Shown piece after piece: positions 38,383 to 49,841 of a stretch of DNA of 64,000 bases (the first letter of the stretch is position 1; each line of letters starts with the position of its first letter). The notes under the pieces are model-generated. The model was given only the letters and a program-made list of their open reading frames with translations, was not told where the DNA came from and did not search any database. The DNA comes from Candidatus Poribacteria bacterium (GTDB taxonomy: Bacteria > Poribacteria > WGA-4E > PCPOR2b): contig OZ240245.1 of NCBI GenBank assembly GCA_965198175.1, positions 3,872,001 to 3,936,000 of the forward strand. The letters run 5' to 3'. A program made the translations under genes and the position numbers.

Positions 38383-39663
38383 TCACCTCGCGTGGAGATG
38401 GCTGCTGTACCAGAGATTGCCCGATGGCGAATTCTCCGAAGCAACATTACTCACGTTGGGATTGTCGCTCGCCCGGTGAATCGAGGAAAATCCGTCCTCC
38501 CCCTTTTCGAGAATCCAGACCTCTCTCGGCTCTAACAGATCGATAAAATATGGCTGATGCGTCGTGATGAACACCTGTGATCCACCTCTGTGTCCGCGGA
38601 CAAATTCGCGGAACTGTTTGGCGAGGGACTCTAGGAGCTTGTGGTACAAGCCGTTTTCCGGTTCTTCAATGCAGAGAAAGGGGGGCGGCGTCGGGTCTTT
38701 TAGCAGCAGGAGGTAAGCGAATAGCTTTAGTGTTCCGTCGGACATCTGCTGGGCGTAAAAAGGAGCCTGAAAGCCTTTGTCGTTAAACCTGAGCAGCAGC
38801 CGCCCGTCGCTGGTGCTTTCCGTGTCAATACGGTCTATACCGGGAATCTTATCGGCAATCTCTTTCAGAATCGCACTAAAACGGCGCGGGTGTTCGCGTG
38901 CCATGAATTGCACGACGTTGCCGAGGTTATCGCCGTGGATGTTGAGATGTTGTTGGGGACCAGCGCGCGGTAGGCTGCGGGCTGCGTCTGGGGTGAAGTA
39001 GCTTAGATACCAGCCCTCAATGAACTGGCGAAAAGCGGAGATTCGCGGGTGTTGTTTCAGAGCGCCGAGCGTGGCGATGCCGAGCTTGCGCCGGTCTTCC
39101 AATTCGATGATTTCGGTCTCGCTGGATTCGTCTGCGGTGATTAACTTGATGAGTTCTGGGAAATCGAGTTGCTCCATCTTTTCGTCAATCTGATGTCCCG
39201 CCTGTTCGCCATTCCATGCCACGCCTTTTCCGCCGTTCAGGAACAAGAAAGAGAACGGGCGACCGTATTTTTGACCTTTTCGTCTCTGTCTCAGGCGTTC
39301 TCTTAACACATAGGGACGCCCGGTCTCCTCTGCCGCGATGGCAATCTCGTAGGTCATGGGTCGGGCGTTTCCGTGTTCTCTGTAGTACACCTCAAACTCG
39401 ATGGGGCCCGGCTCCCCTTGCGTACGGATTTGCTCGAACCCGCCGCGTCCGCGGGCACCGCACGCCTCCTCGACGCCGGACTTCAGCGCGTCCGCAAGGA
39501 ACCCGAACGCATCGAAGAGTGCACTTTTTCCGACGCCGTTTTTGCCGATGACTGCGGTCATGAGGGTGAGCGGTTGTACTTCCCGCTGGTTCCACAGTCG
39601 CCCCAACGTCACATCTCTGAGCACCTTGAAGTTTTTTACTCTGAAACCTTCTATCTTTGCCAT
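38383..39663 (-). CDS. AAA_21/AbiEii-like ABC-type ATPase
   Basis: VKNFK, GKNGVGKS, MSDGTLK, IEEPENGLY, ITTHQP. Confidence 0.88.
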   Translation of the reverse strand: MAKIEGFRVKNFKVLRDVTLGRLWNQREVQPLTLMTAVIGKNGVGKSALFDAFGFLADALKSGVEEACGARGRGGFEQIRTQGEPGPIEFEVYYREHGNARPMTYEIAIAAEETGRPYVLRERLRQRRKGQKYGRPFSFLFLNGGKGVAWNGEQAGHQIDEKMEQLDFPELIKLITADESSETEIIELEDRRKLGIATLGALKQHPRISAFRQFIEGWYLSYFTPDAARSLPRAGPQQHLNIHGDNLGNVVQFMAREHPRRFSAILKEIADKIPGIDRIDTESTSDGRLLLRFNDKGFQAPFYAQQMSDGTLKLFAYLLLLKDPTPPPFLCIEEPENGLYHKLLESLAKQFREFVRGHRGGSQVFITTHQPYFIDLLEPREVWILEKGEDGFSSIHRASDNPNVSNVASENSPSGNLWYSSHLHAR

Positions 39664-39724
39664 TCTTACAGTCCTGATTGACAGGGTGCAAATAATTGCA
39701 CGTCTACAATCTACGACGACGTAT

Positions 39725-40726
39725 TTACTCAAGCGTAATCCGTGCCATAATCTTCTCAGCTAACTCTTTGAAATCTTGACGGGCGGCATTTGCAGCAACG
39801 GCGTGGCTGCCGATAGCTCCGTCGGCTGGTGAGAGATGAAAAATTGGTTTTCGCGCTTCTTGCGCCATCGGCACCAGGCTTCGGTAGTGCTTAACGGTGG
39901 CGAGGGCGTTTTCTGTATCCTCTTCTGGTGTCGCAGGGAAAGGCCCGTCGTTCTTATTCCGCAGGTTCCGTGCATATTCCTCCGGCATCCGGTTGACCCA
40001 TTTGTCATACGCTTTAACGGGACGGCCCAAACGGACACTGTGCTGCTGTACTACATAACCGATCGGTTGAATTGATCCACTAGGTATAGGTAAGTCAGGG
40101 ATAGGGTTGCGGTCATGTCTATCCTTCCATCCGGTGCGCCAAACTTCTAGCGTTGGGCCGAGGTTCCGCAGTCCTTGAAGCGAGAATAGATCGGCGCCAA
40201 GGGGAACGATAACGTAATCCGTCGCTACTAGCACCGCCCTATTCAAAGCGCCTAGATTAGGACCAACGTCTACCAAAACTATCTCGGTCTGATTATCTTC
40301 CGCTGCTTTTTGCAAAATGCGCCATAGCGCCGAAATCACACGGAATCCGCGTTGACTACGGTCTAGGCACGCCGGCCATTGGCTCGAAAGTTCGTCTTCG
40401 GTGGCAGATAAGGTTAGGTCTCCTACGATGAGGTTTAGTGTCTGCGATATCCGCTCCAAGTGAGGTTTCTCTATGTCTCCTGTCCCATGCAAAAGCGGTT
40501 GGATTGCGCTATAGATAGTTTTTCGCGGTCCATCGTCAGGCCACAATACTTCTAGGCGTTCCTCATTGATAAACATGCTCGTAAGGTTAGCTTGCGGGTC
40601 GAAGTCACAGGCAAGCACGCGATGACCGATGTCGGATAGCATCCACGCCAGATGATAAACAAGGGATGTTTTGCCGACTCCGCCTTTATTGTTAAAGAAG
40701 GTTAAAACTGGAACAGGCATTGTCAT
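39725..40726 (-). CDS. ParA/Soj-like (AAA_31) ATPase
   Basis: FNNKGGVGKT, DFDPQANLT, DVGPNLGALNR. Confidence 0.9.
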   Translation of the reverse strand: MTMPVPVLTFFNNKGGVGKTSLVYHLAWMLSDIGHRVLACDFDPQANLTSMFINEERLEVLWPDDGPRKTIYSAIQPLLHGTGDIEKPHLERISQTLNLIVGDLTLSATEDELSSQWPACLDRSQRGFRVISALWRILQKAAEDNQTEIVLVDVGPNLGALNRAVLVATDYVIVPLGADLFSLQGLRNLGPTLEVWRTGWKDRHDRNPIPDLPIPSGSIQPIGYVVQQHSVRLGRPVKAYDKWVNRMPEEYARNLRNKNDGPFPATPEEDTENALATVKHYRSLVPMAQEARKPIFHLSPADGAIGSHAVAANAARQDFKELAEKIMARITLE

Positions 40727-41958
40727 GTCCTCACAGGACTTCTCGCTGAACTGATTGTGGCGAACACGTAACCGTTTTTCACATTGAATTCCGCTTTCGG
40801 ATGACCTGCTTCTTCGAGCAACTTTTGAGCTATCGGTATCCCTGCGCCAAATCGTTGCACATAACCGAGGTTTTTCATCGCCTCCGCCAGATTGGGGTTG
40901 CGGTAATCGGTAACTCCTGGCACCCCGAAATTCTCTGGGGTTACCGCCCCGAACGGCCCACCGTGACTCAGTATTTCAATTCGATTATTGTACCAAGACA
41001 CACGAATTGGTGCATTGGTTGCTTCGTAGGTCCTGTGCATGACCGCATTCCTGGTAATCTGTTGCAACGCCGCGATAGGATAAAGCGATGTTCGTTGTTC
41101 GACGACGCTCGTCGTAAACTCGACCGCCGTACGATTATGGGAGCTCAGTTTATCCTCTAGCCGGCGAATCAGGTCCGGAATTGCGCCGCGAATCTCCTCG
41201 CTGTCAAGAATGTCGTCCGTTAGCTCGCTGCCATCAATTCTGACGAACTGCACGTATGCGCCAGGCAGAAAATCCTGCGTGTTCTTACCAAGCACCAGTA
41301 TTCCCACCACAGTCGCGGTTCGTTCATCGATTGAAGCAATCATCTTCGTTGCTGCCAGACGTTCCTCGAGCGTACGTTCATTGGCGTCTAGTATCTCTGA
41401 GGCAACAGCCCGCGGTAGATATTCGTTCTCGAACTGAGCGAGGTTTAAGTCGGAGACGCCAGCGGTGGGGACGGGATGCAGGTCGAAAGGGATGTCTCTA
41501 TATCGCCGCTTTTCGTTGAGAATTCCTTCCTCCCGTGGCGTAGCGATGCCGCGACGCGGACCAATGCGGATATGGATGTTACCTTTTAATCGAACTGGCG
41601 GCGAGTCGGAGGGTAACACTGCGACTACGGCAACTTGCTTACCACCCAGCACACGCTTCTCAACGGTCAGCGATGGCGGCGGCACGATATTCCCATCGGT
41701 TTTCATATCAGCCAACTGCCGGAGGATCTCGTCCGTGACAGCTAGCCCAGCGATAGTTTTGTCGTTCTTTACCCCTACGAAAACAAAGCCTGGTTTTTCA
41801 TGGCGCGGCAAATCGTTGGCAAATGCACATATGGTTTCCCTTATGTATTTCGGAGCACTTCCGGACAAAGACTCCTTGAACTCGACGCGGTCAGATTCAT
41901 CGTCGTCGATGATTTGTAGCAACCCCTCATCTGTGAGACATGGCATTTCAATTCCCAT
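40723..41958 (-). CDS. Schlafen/AlbA_2 domain protein with HATPase_c_4 (RecG-C-like) domain
   Basis: ESDRVEFKES, ICAFAND, VFVGV; NAVMHRTY, YRNPNLAEAM...VQRFGAGI. Confidence 0.88.
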   Translation of the reverse strand: MGIEMPCLTDEGLLQIIDDDESDRVEFKESLSGSAPKYIRETICAFANDLPRHEKPGFVFVGVKNDKTIAGLAVTDEILRQLADMKTDGNIVPPPSLTVEKRVLGGKQVAVVAVLPSDSPPVRLKGNIHIRIGPRRGIATPREEGILNEKRRYRDIPFDLHPVPTAGVSDLNLAQFENEYLPRAVASEILDANERTLEERLAATKMIASIDERTATVVGILVLGKNTQDFLPGAYVQFVRIDGSELTDDILDSEEIRGAIPDLIRRLEDKLSSHNRTAVEFTTSVVEQRTSLYPIAALQQITRNAVMHRTYEATNAPIRVSWYNNRIEILSHGGPFGAVTPENFGVPGVTDYRNPNLAEAMKNLGYVQRFGAGIPIAQKLLEEAGHPKAEFNVKNGYVFATISSARSPVRT

Positions 41959-42097
41959 TTATTTTAATCCAGTTTTCCGATTGTGCCTTGGAGAACAACC
42001 CGCCATGTAATGCGTTCAAGGTTTTCGAATTAATGACTTGATCGGATTGAGCTTGAAACGGACCTGCGCGAATTGATCGTTGGGACTTGGGGAATCA

Positions 42098-42457
42098 TCA
42101 TGTTCGTCCTTCCCACGCCAAGAGTGTTTCGACTCTCTGTAGAACTGCGTCTACCGTCTCGGTGGGCAGTGGACATATCAACTCTGCGTTTCTCGCTCGC
42201 CAATTGATGCTCTTGACCTGATCTGCCAGAATAACACCCGTCACATCCCGCCCCGCGGGGATTGTGACCTCAAAAGGATAGCCTTTTTCTTGACTGGTTA
42301 TTGGACAGAGAATCGCCAAACTGACCTTGCTGTTATAAGCCCTCGGTGACAGCACAACGGCGGGTCGGCGTCCGCTCTGCTCATGCCCGGCGTGGGGATT
42401 GAGGTCAATCCATACTAAATCGCCGCGTTGAGGGACGTACTCGGATAAAGTTACCAT
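42098..42457 (-). CDS. mazF: MazF/PemK endoribonuclease toxin
   Basis: PQRGDLVW...PHAGHEQSGRRPAVVLS...YN...CPITS..KGYPFEV...ADQVKS. Confidence 0.95.
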   Translation of the reverse strand: MVTLSEYVPQRGDLVWIDLNPHAGHEQSGRRPAVVLSPRAYNSKVSLAILCPITSQEKGYPFEVTIPAGRDVTGVILADQVKSINWRARNAELICPLPTETVDAVLQRVETLLAWEGRT

Positions 42458-42693
42458 ACTTCGCTGCCCACCGTGCCGCCAGTGTCTACTTCACCATGCA
42501 GGTTGTGGTCCGTTACTTGGGCTAAAAGGTCATCTAGCGCTAGACCGGGTGGTCTCACAGGAACGATGACCAACTTTGTCCCACGAAGCGATAGATCGAC
42601 GGGTGAATTGTGTTCGAGTCCAATCTGGTTCGCAAGCGGTTTGGGGATTCGCAGTGCTAAACTATTGCCCCATTTCTGCACACGGGTTTCCAT
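42451..42693 (-). CDS. mazE: MazE (AbrB-fold) antitoxin
   Basis: VQKWGNSLALRIP...LDDLLAQVT..N.HGEVD.G..VG.E.W; overlaps mazF. Confidence 0.95.
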   Translation of the reverse strand: METRVQKWGNSLALRIPKPLANQIGLEHNSPVDLSLRGTKLVIVPVRPPGLALDDLLAQVTDHNLHGEVDTGGTVGSEVW

Positions 42694-42710
42694 GTCTCTC
42701 CTCCTCCAAA

Positions 42711-42753
42711 TTGTAGATACAATGAGTATACATCAAAAACCGGAATTTGTCAA
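42711..42753 (-). promoter_or_regulatory. mazEF sigma70 promoter with overlapping palindromic operator-like sites
   Basis: Minus strand TTGACA(42753-42748)-N17-TATACT(42730-42725); TGTAGATACA and GTATAC palindromes at and just downstream of the -10. Confidence 0.75.
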
Positions 42754-42897
42754 GACCGATTTTGGGCTTAGTGTCCGGTGTGGCTGATGGAAATTGACGG
42801 CCAAAACGGCTGTGGGAGGGACATCCACCTCCCGATTATCGGGGCTAGGAAGCCCCTCCTACAGATGTTGTCCGGAAATTGGTAATTGGTCCATTGA

Positions 42898-43359
42898 TCA
42901 CACAGGTTTGGAGGAAAGGGCGAGCAGTTCTTGTAATTTCTGGGATCGGTAGGCGAAGATTTTGTCTATGTCCGGGGCGACGAATAACTTATGGACGAGC
43001 CAGCCGCCGAAGACTGCGTACTCAACCTCATCCTTGACCAGTGTGCCGCCGGGTACTGCAACGAAGGTGTGCTTGTGAATCCAGCGACGATAGGGGCCCC
43101 GGCGTTGTTCATCGACGAAGGAGTGCGGCGGGTTCCACGCGGTTATCTCGCTCTGCCAACGGATTGGAACACCGCGCAGTTTCAGGCGATAGTCGATTCG
43201 AGTTCCTACCTTCATCTCGATTGGAGGGGGTGTCAACACTCGGAAATGCAGCCACGGCGGTGTAATCTCAGCCAAGTTTTGGGCATCTGAAAAGAAGCTG
43301 AATAGTTCGTCCTGCGGCTTCTGGATTTTCTGATCGGTTTTTAGGTGGAAGGTTTTCAT
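42898..43359 (-). CDS. SRPBCC family protein
   Basis: FFSDAQNL..ITPPWL, W.SEIT...PP..FVDEQ..GPY..W.H.H.F, IFAYR. Confidence 0.88.
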   Translation of the reverse strand: MKTFHLKTDQKIQKPQDELFSFFSDAQNLAEITPPWLHFRVLTPPPIEMKVGTRIDYRLKLRGVPIRWQSEITAWNPPHSFVDEQRRGPYRRWIHKHTFVAVPGGTLVKDEVEYAVFGGWLVHKLFVAPDIDKIFAYRSQKLQELLALSSKPV

Positions 43360-43506
43360 TTGTTTGCGTTAGCAGGAGGTTTCTAAAGCAAGACGATGTT
43401 TCTCACAAATGTGTATTTCTTCATAGCAAAGAATGAGCGCGTGCAAGAGTGAAAACACAGACAATCGACCAATCACATTTACTTGCAAACGAATGAAATT
43501 CGCACA

Positions 43507-46500
43507 TCAACTATGCTGTCCAAACTGATTCATGACGAGACTCACCCTTCGTATCGCATCAAAGATGTTAATAAAGTTCACGTCAATTCCACGGCCTTTC
43601 AAGTACGCGATGACTGGGGCATGTTGAGGTGCTAATCCATCGTCAACTGACACAAGTGCAAGTGGATGATGCAAAATGAATGCTCTCTTGAGTTCCTGTT
43701 CCATAAAAATAGGAATACCATCTTGATCGTGCCATTCAAGGCCGGGGCGGAGTTCCACCAGATTCTTCTCAACCAGATTAACAAGCGAGGACCAATAATT
43801 TTCCTGGAGGTCCATCTGATAATCTTTATCAAGGCAGAGACGTGTCACATCCAGTCCTAACCGCCAATCTAGAAACGGATGATAGGGCATGTTGGAGTAG
43901 TCGCGCATACAACCATTGCTATAACAGGACGAATCGCAATCTTGGCCGTGTGCAATCAGCCCCCTTGCAAAATCTCCACGGAGATCAATCATATCACTTA
44001 GGAACTTAATCAGTCGGAATGGCTCTCCTTTAGCATCATGTTCGCCCAGATGGCGACAGTATCCCGCACCATTCGCCAAGGTATCGGCGAGAAAAACTTG
44101 TTGTTTCTTAGTTTCGCCTTCCTCCACAGGTCGAATCTCAACTCGCAACTCGCCTGGCGAGATGTCAAGCTTACTCGCCGCAAATTGGCGAAACAGAAAA
44201 CCGAAGGAATATAGCGCAGCTCGCCAATACTCCTCTCGCTGATTAAGCCGAATACCTTCTGGGATTTCGTCAACTTCGATTAACAGAACGTCTGTCGTTC
44301 TGGCAGCATAAAGTGCAACCTCTTGCGTATTCTCAACCAAGTGACTTTCCTCGTTGAAGGTGTATGTGTCATTTCGTGCCGCCAATTCACGACAGACCTC
44401 AGCCGATACAAGTGCTTTGCTTTCTCGCTGCTTCCGTAGCGCGAACAACCGATCGTTGTTGGTATTAATTGAGAAGAGTCTTAATTTACGCTCCGTACCC
44501 CATCGAAAGTTAAGCTTCTTTTTTAGCTCTGCACGGGCGTCCGATGGAAGACGGGAATAGGTAGATCGCGCTGTCCAGTTGAAAGATTCGTAGGCATCGT
44601 CCGGTCTGAAATTCGTCAGAAAACCTTTCGGTTCAATCCCTTGAATTCGCTTGAACTCTCCGGACCCACAGATTCGGCAGTTATTTTCGCTCTCAATACT
44701 AGACTCGAATATTGCTTTGCAATTGGCACAAAATCCGATTGGGATTGATCGATTATCTGCAATGCCACGTTCAGATGCCAAAGATCCTTTCTCCGGTTTG
44801 TAAGAGACAATACCGATTGACGTGTGGATTTTCTTATCCTTAATGGTTTCTGACCCTGGAGCGAATTGGTTAATCGCAATCTCAATGTCACGATCGATGA
44901 CGCCTGATGTCGGAGGCCAATTGGTAATCCGTGGTTGTCGGTGATACAGCAGGCGAATACCGGTTGGAAATCCGTACATCGGCAAAATCCCTGATTCCGC
45001 AAGGGATTGGCTCAACTCACCATCTTCAAAAGGGTATGCTGCGACACAGGAATCGACTTCATTGACAAGTTTATCTATCGCCCAATCTATGAGTTCATCC
45101 ACTTTGTTAATAATGTCTGGTTCAGTCTGTGTGGCGAGCAATCGCCCAATCTGTTCAATCTTTTTGCTGTTATCCTGTATCCATCCCGCAATCGTTTCTC
45201 GGTTCATTTCCCAATCAGAGACCTTCCCAAATTCGCCGTGGACATTTTTTTCATCGGTGGTCGCCACATTTGAGGATTGCCGGAATGCGTTGTATAAGAC
45301 TTCCTTCGTCAATACACGTCTGATAATGTCCTGACTTCGCATATCCAGGTATGGCAAAGGAGTCGCAGCGTTTGTAATCTCGCCCGTGTGGTTAAAGTAG
45401 TGGTCATCGTGGGTTCGTAGACGGCAGAGCGTCAAGGCATACGCGAGGGGCTCACCTCGCCTTCCTGCTCGCCCAACACGCTGTTGATAGTTAAAACGCT
45501 GCGGCGGAACATTGCCCATCAACACTATGGAAAGTGCTCCAATATCAACCCCAACTTCCATCGTTGTCGTCACGCTAAGGAGATCGATCTCATTCGTTCG
45601 CCGATTTTCACCATCAAGGATAACCCCTTGGAACCACCGCTGACGGTTCGGACGCTCCTCCGAATCGGTTTGCGCTGTCAACTCTTCACTATGGAAACGA
45701 TAAGGTTGAATCCCCACGCTGTCCGGATCCGCTTGATAGGCGTAGTATCCCCCATAATTTTCCATCGCGTCCTCGTTTTTGTCAATTGCCTCCAATTCAC
45801 TAAGGCACTTCGTGTTTGTGCATATCCCGCCTGCTTTATATAAATGCTTACGCTTGCATGCGGTGCATCGGAAGATCGTGTCACCTTGAGAGCGGCGAAG
45901 GTTTAAATTTTCGACACGAATTAGGTAGCCCTTAAAGCTAATGGAGGCTTCGATCTGCTCGCGTACTGCTATCGTTAGTTCGTCTAAAGAACAGCCGATT
46001 CGGCCGGCAGAGCGCGCGAGGTAATCTTCGAGAAACTTTGGCATGCTCGATTGTTCCGCATAGGGACGGTAAATCTCGGTGTGTCTTCGCTCACCGAGGA
46101 TTCGGGTAACCGCTGCCATCATTTCATCGGAATTAGACTCCTCAATTTGCCACAAGGCGGAATCAATTTTAGGTTCACACCACGCGAGGCCAAGGCCTTC
46201 CAGTCCCATATCTCTCCGCGCAAACAAAATCCGTTCAGCAATTACTCTCTTAAATTCAGATTCTAGTTTTACTATAAGCAGTTCGTGGTGGCGTTCAAGC
46301 AACCTTGTTGGCCGTAACACTACAGGATTGGCCTTCCAATCGCAGAGAGTTTCCCAGCTATGCCCCTCGCCGGAAAATTCAACATTTTCACCATAACCAC
46401 CGGGATTCATGCCTAGAGTGATGAATTCATCAAAGCAAGCCTTCTGGAGTGCGGTGAAGGGATAGTTGCTCTCAACCGCAGCAAGTTGATTTTCTTGATC

Positions 46501-48945
46501 TGGCGTCAAAGTCTTTTTGTCATGGAAAGCGTCCTCAAGTGAATTGAGTAATTGTCGTCGATCTGGAAATTTTTCGCGCAAGTTACGAATTGCCTTTTGG
46601 GCAACGCGAAAATCGGCTCCTTCACTTTGAAATTCACGAAGGATTTTCAAATCTTTATCATCGCTTTGTTTTCTCATCGCGTCGATGGCAATGAGTCGAA
46701 TCATGTCCTGATGGTGCGACCACTGAATTCCAACAGCATATTTTGCAGCGTCCTGTCGACTATCCGAGAAGATTATCGTTTTTCTTTTGTCCTGAGATTC
46801 GATAGTTCCCTGCAAAGATTGGGTGAGAATCTGGATTACTTTTTGCAAGCCCGTTCCCATGTGATGAATCGGTGAATACACCTGCTCTTTGTTATTGACA
46901 AGGACGTTTTTTCTAGAATAATCCCATGCATCGCCGCAATTGGGGCAATACTTGGGTATTTCTGAACAAAACTCCTCAGGTTTATCGATTCTGTAATAGT
47001 ATCCGTTGTATGCAGATGAGTCTGGAATGAGTGTTCCATCTGACGGAGAAAATCGTCCCGGTGCCCAACCTCTTCCAATCTGGTTTTTCGTCCAATTCTG
47101 TTGCTCGGGTACCCGTTCATTTCTCTGCCAAAAGATAGCGTAAGTTTCGTAGTTCCGATCTCGGATTCCCTTTTCCGGTAATCCCCCCAACTCTTGATAG
47201 TCACCGTTGAGATACCATCCCGGAGAGACTTCCGAAATCGACTGCTTATAGCCGCCAAGAAATAGATCGCCACAGGTTGCACAGGTCAACAGATCTAGCA
47301 CTCTCGAACCGCATTCATCGCATAAAACTCGCCGATTAGCGAACAGTTTTCCGATAGACGATACACTGTTTGCCTTACCTCGGCAATTCAGATTGCTACA
47401 TGCCCACAATCCCTCAAAATTCTTGAAAAAATAGTGTACGCGAAGCGGTAACAAGGCTTGACTTGTCTTCTCATCTTTTTGTTCGATTAAGTAGCGAATG
47501 AGTCCACGGATAGTTGATTCGGAAAGTGGCAGTTGACTCACCTGGTTTCCAGCATTCGCCATCTCTCCAATTGTTGAAGCGTGCAATTTCCCGTCGTAAT
47601 TGCAGAGTTCCACCACAGCAGACTTGAGGAGTTCCTTCGAGATTTCGTCTAACGGTGCAGAATCCTCATCCCGATCATAGGCTTCAAATTGTGCCGCGTG
47701 TTTTAGACACTCCAAGAGTTCGGAACTTTGATCGGGTTGGGGATCGGAACGGATAATTTCGAATTCTCTACTCCGTCCGAAAAACTGGCGAAGGAACTTG
47801 CGTTCCTCGTCTCTTTTTCCACCCTCGCCTTCAAGTGACGCACTTGACGCAATGATTCGCAGTTTCCTTGAATCCGGGTTAAGCCCTAAACGATCGAACA
47901 GTGTCCGAAGCAGGTAAGCTACCTCTGTCCCTGCTGTTCCGCGGTATGAGTGCAGTTCATCAACAACAAGATGGAAAACACTGTCCTCTTTTTCTAGCCA
48001 CGCTTTAGTTGTTTCAAAGATAGGCTGTTCTAAGTCACGGATGAGCATGATATTGAGCATTGAATAGTTTGTGATTAGAATATCCGGCGGGTGACTCTGC
48101 ATGTCCCATCGAGACCACATCTCAGCCGTATCAACGTCGGTCGAAGGGAAGAAAAAACGCATCTCCTCGGAACCATAAACTTTCTCAGCCTGCCTACGTA
48201 CTTTATCCAGTTGCTCCCGGAGTTTTGTGAGTTTTTGCGAGTTTTCATGACCCGAAACTGGCGTTAAACCGGTATAGCGACCGAAGTAGAATCGATTCTC
48301 ACCACGGTGCAGATTAAGCCACCGACGTGCTTCAGGACTATCGCAAGCACGCCGAAGTCGCATGAGTTGATCTTCAACAAGCGCGTTTAGTGGATATAGA
48401 ATTAACGACCGGAGGGCAGGAGGCCGGCTTTCTCCTTGACGCTGTGGAACACGCTTGCCTATAAGGCGTTCACGACTTCGCCACCACGGATGGTCTGGAT
48501 TCCGGGTGCCGTAACGGTTCCAGTTTCGTGATTCCTTGATAAGATAGCTGAAGATTGGTAGCAAAAAGCACTCGGTTTTTCCAGATCCTGTGCCTGTTGT
48601 GACGACGACATCCTTTTTCTCAATCACCGACGCTTCAATTGCTTCCGCTTGGTGCTTATAAAGCCGGCGGTCTTTCGGCGCAAGTCCATAAGTGCCACCC
48701 TGCGCAAGAAAATCACCAACTTCGGGAGCGAATTGCAGTCGGTTGCATAACTGGGCTAGAGTTTTTCCAGACGAGGGATAAGGAAAAATTGGCTCAAATC
48801 GTGGGACTTGGAAAAGCAACCCACTTTCCCGCAGTAACCGGTCACGTTCTTCCTCAAGTTTCTCGCTATTGAATCCCAAGACTGTCTGGATGTAGCGAAT
48901 GTAGGAATCACAAAGCAGTTCATGGGTCTTGAACGGATCTAACAT
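43507..48945 (-). CDS. Large DEAD/DEAH helicase with Zn-ribbons and C-terminal DUF1998 (Druantia DruE-like)
   Basis: ~1810 aa; [67 protein letters not shown]1998-type DTLANGAGY...CDSSCY..C...YSN...H..LDWRLG. Start overlaps the upstream stop (TGATG). Confidence 0.88.
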   Translation of the reverse strand: MLDPFKTHELLCDSYIRYIQTVLGFNSEKLEEERDRLLRESGLLFQVPRFEPIFPYPSSGKTLAQLCNRLQFAPEVGDFLAQGGTYGLAPKDRRLYKHQAEAIEASVIEKKDVVVTTGTGSGKTECFLLPIFSYLIKESRNWNRYGTRNPDHPWWRSRERLIGKRVPQRQGESRPPALRSLILYPLNALVEDQLMRLRRACDSPEARRWLNLHRGENRFYFGRYTGLTPVSGHENSQKLTKLREQLDKVRRQAEKVYGSEEMRFFFPSTDVDTAEMWSRWDMQSHPPDILITNYSMLNIMLIRDLEQPIFETTKAWLEKEDSVFHLVVDELHSYRGTAGTEVAYLLRTLFDRLGLNPDSRKLRIIASSASLEGEGGKRDEERKFLRQFFGRSREFEIIRSDPQPDQSSELLECLKHAAQFEAYDRDEDSAPLDEISKELLKSAVVELCNYDGKLHASTIGEMANAGNQVSQLPLSESTIRGLIRYLIEQKDEKTSQALLPLRVHYFFKNFEGLWACSNLNCRGKANSVSSIGKLFANRRVLCDECGSRVLDLLTCATCGDLFLGGYKQSISEVSPGWYLNGDYQELGGLPEKGIRDRNYETYAIFWQRNERVPEQQNWTKNQIGRGWAPGRFSPSDGTLIPDSSAYNGYYYRIDKPEEFCSEIPKYCPNCGDAWDYSRKNVLVNNKEQVYSPIHHMGTGLQKVIQILTQSLQGTIESQDKRKTIIFSDSRQDAAKYAVGIQWSHHQDMIRLIAIDAMRKQSDDKDLKILREFQSEGADFRVAQKAIRNLREKFPDRRQLLNSLEDAFHDKKTLTPDQENQLAAVESNYPFTALQKACFDEFITLGMNPGGYGENVEFSGEGHSWETLCDWKANPVVLRPTRLLERHHELLIVKLESEFKRVIAERILFARRDMGLEGLGLAWCEPKIDSALWQIEESNSDEMMAAVTRILGERRHTEIYRPYAEQSSMPKFLEDYLARSAGRIGCSLDELTIAVREQIEASISFKGYLIRVENLNLRRSQGDTIFRCTACKRKHLYKAGGICTNTKCLSELEAIDKNEDAMENYGGYYAYQADPDSVGIQPYRFHSEELTAQTDSEERPNRQRWFQGVILDGENRRTNEIDLLSVTTTMEVGVDIGALSIVLMGNVPPQRFNYQQRVGRAGRRGEPLAYALTLCRLRTHDDHYFNHTGEITNAATPLPYLDMRSQDIIRRVLTKEVLYNAFRQSSNVATTDEKNVHGEFGKVSDWEMNRETIAGWIQDNSKKIEQIGRLLATQTEPDIINKVDELIDWAIDKLVNEVDSCVAAYPFEDGELSQSLAESGILPMYGFPTGIRLLYHRQPRITNWPPTSGVIDRDIEIAINQFAPGSETIKDKKIHTSIGIVSYKPEKGSLASERGIADNRSIPIGFCANCKAIFESSIESENNCRICGSGEFKRIQGIEPKGFLTNFRPDDAYESFNWTARSTYSRLPSDARAELKKKLNFRWGTERKLRLFSINTNNDRLFALRKQRESKALVSAEVCRELAARNDTYTFNEESHLVENTQEVALYAARTTDVLLIEVDEIPEGIRLNQREEYWRAALYSFGFLFRQFAASKLDISPGELRVEIRPVEEGETKKQQVFLADTLANGAGYCRHLGEHDAKGEPFRLIKFLSDMIDLRGDFARGLIAHGQDCDSSCYSNGCMRDYSNMPYHPFLDWRLGLDVTRLCLDKDYQMDLQENYWSSLVNLVEKNLVELRPGLEWHDQDGIPIFMEQELKRAFILHHPLALVSVDDGLAPQHAPVIAYLKGRGIDVNFINIFDAIRRVSLVMNQFGQHS

Positions 48946-49841
48946 CAAACCATCTCCCATCTTTGATAAAGTGATTTAGTCAATTGGTATGCAATGCCAA
49001 CTGGTGCGTCGGCATAGCATTTCATATCACCAGTCCACTTTGGTGGAGACCCTGAGCAGAGTGTTGCACACCGATCGATAATTAACGGTACAAGCAACTG
49101 GCTCTTTACGCGCCAAGTTTGAGATTTTCTTTCATAAGAAATCAGTCCTGCAGTTTTACCGACGGTAGAGAGAAAAAGCCATTCTCCCCAGTCGCGAGGG
49201 ACTCTCCGTTGGTCGGAACCAGATTTTAAGACATAGACATGGGGACCATATTTAGGGATTTCGTAAAGCCCATCATCACCTTTAAAGCCGTTTTCCTTCT
49301 CGTATTTCAAAGTCTTGATATTGAACTTGTTCAGTGCATTGGAAAACAAAGTTTCGATCTGCGGAAAATTGGTGCGTTTTGGAATCGGTAATGCGCTCGA
49401 CAACTTGGCAGAAAATGCTCGACTAACACTAATGCCTAATTTTTCAATTTCTGTGAAAGAAGCCTCTGTCAATTCGGTCAACACGATGGTGGTTGGAGCA
49501 TACTGCTCTGGAATCAAACGTAATTTTCCTCGTGATCGGGAAATACACCGTTTGACTTCGTCGAGAAAATTCGGAGTTCGACTTCCGATAAGAACATATC
49601 GATTTTCCACCGCTGTTTCAACTAAAACCGGAGGCGCGATTACAACTTTGTTCAGGGTCATTGGGTCGTAATCAATGTGCCCAATTTGTGCTAGCGACGT
49701 GAGATACGTCGAATGTTTATATTCAGGGTTATCTCGGCTGAGATTTTTGACTGCATCCTTGAACTTCTCCCAACGCAGTTCGCCAACGTGTGATAAGTAG
49801 TAAAGAAGTCTATCAAACACGTCTGATTCCGTTTGGTTCAT
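48945..49841 (-). CDS. Hypothetical protein, Druantia-like accessory subunit
   Basis: 298-aa ORF coupled by overlaps on both sides; no motif recognised. Confidence 0.7.
   Translation of the reverse strand: MNQTESDVFDRLLYYLSHVGELRWEKFKDAVKNLSRDNPEYKHSTYLTSLAQIGHIDYDPMTLNKVVIAPPVLVETAVENRYVLIGSRTPNFLDEVKRCISRSRGKLRLIPEQYAPTTIVLTELTEASFTEIEKLGISVSRAFSAKLSSALPIPKRTNFPQIETLFSNALNKFNIKTLKYEKENGFKGDDGLYEIPKYGPHVYVLKSGSDQRRVPRDWGEWLFLSTVGKTAGLISYERKSQTWRVKSQLLVPLIIDRCATLCSGSPPKWTGDMKCYADAPVGIAYQLTKSLYQRWEMV

Noticed and set aside
39725..40726. Plasmid or chromosome partition locus
   Set aside because: No ParB, parS array or rep gene; the context is a defence island.
25346..48945. DISARM system (SNF2 + PLD + N6-MTase + DUF1998 helicase)
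   Set aside because: The components are dispersed and differently fused. The DUF1998 helicase is a single ~1800-aa DruE-like protein in its own coupled operon, not a DrmA/DrmB pair.
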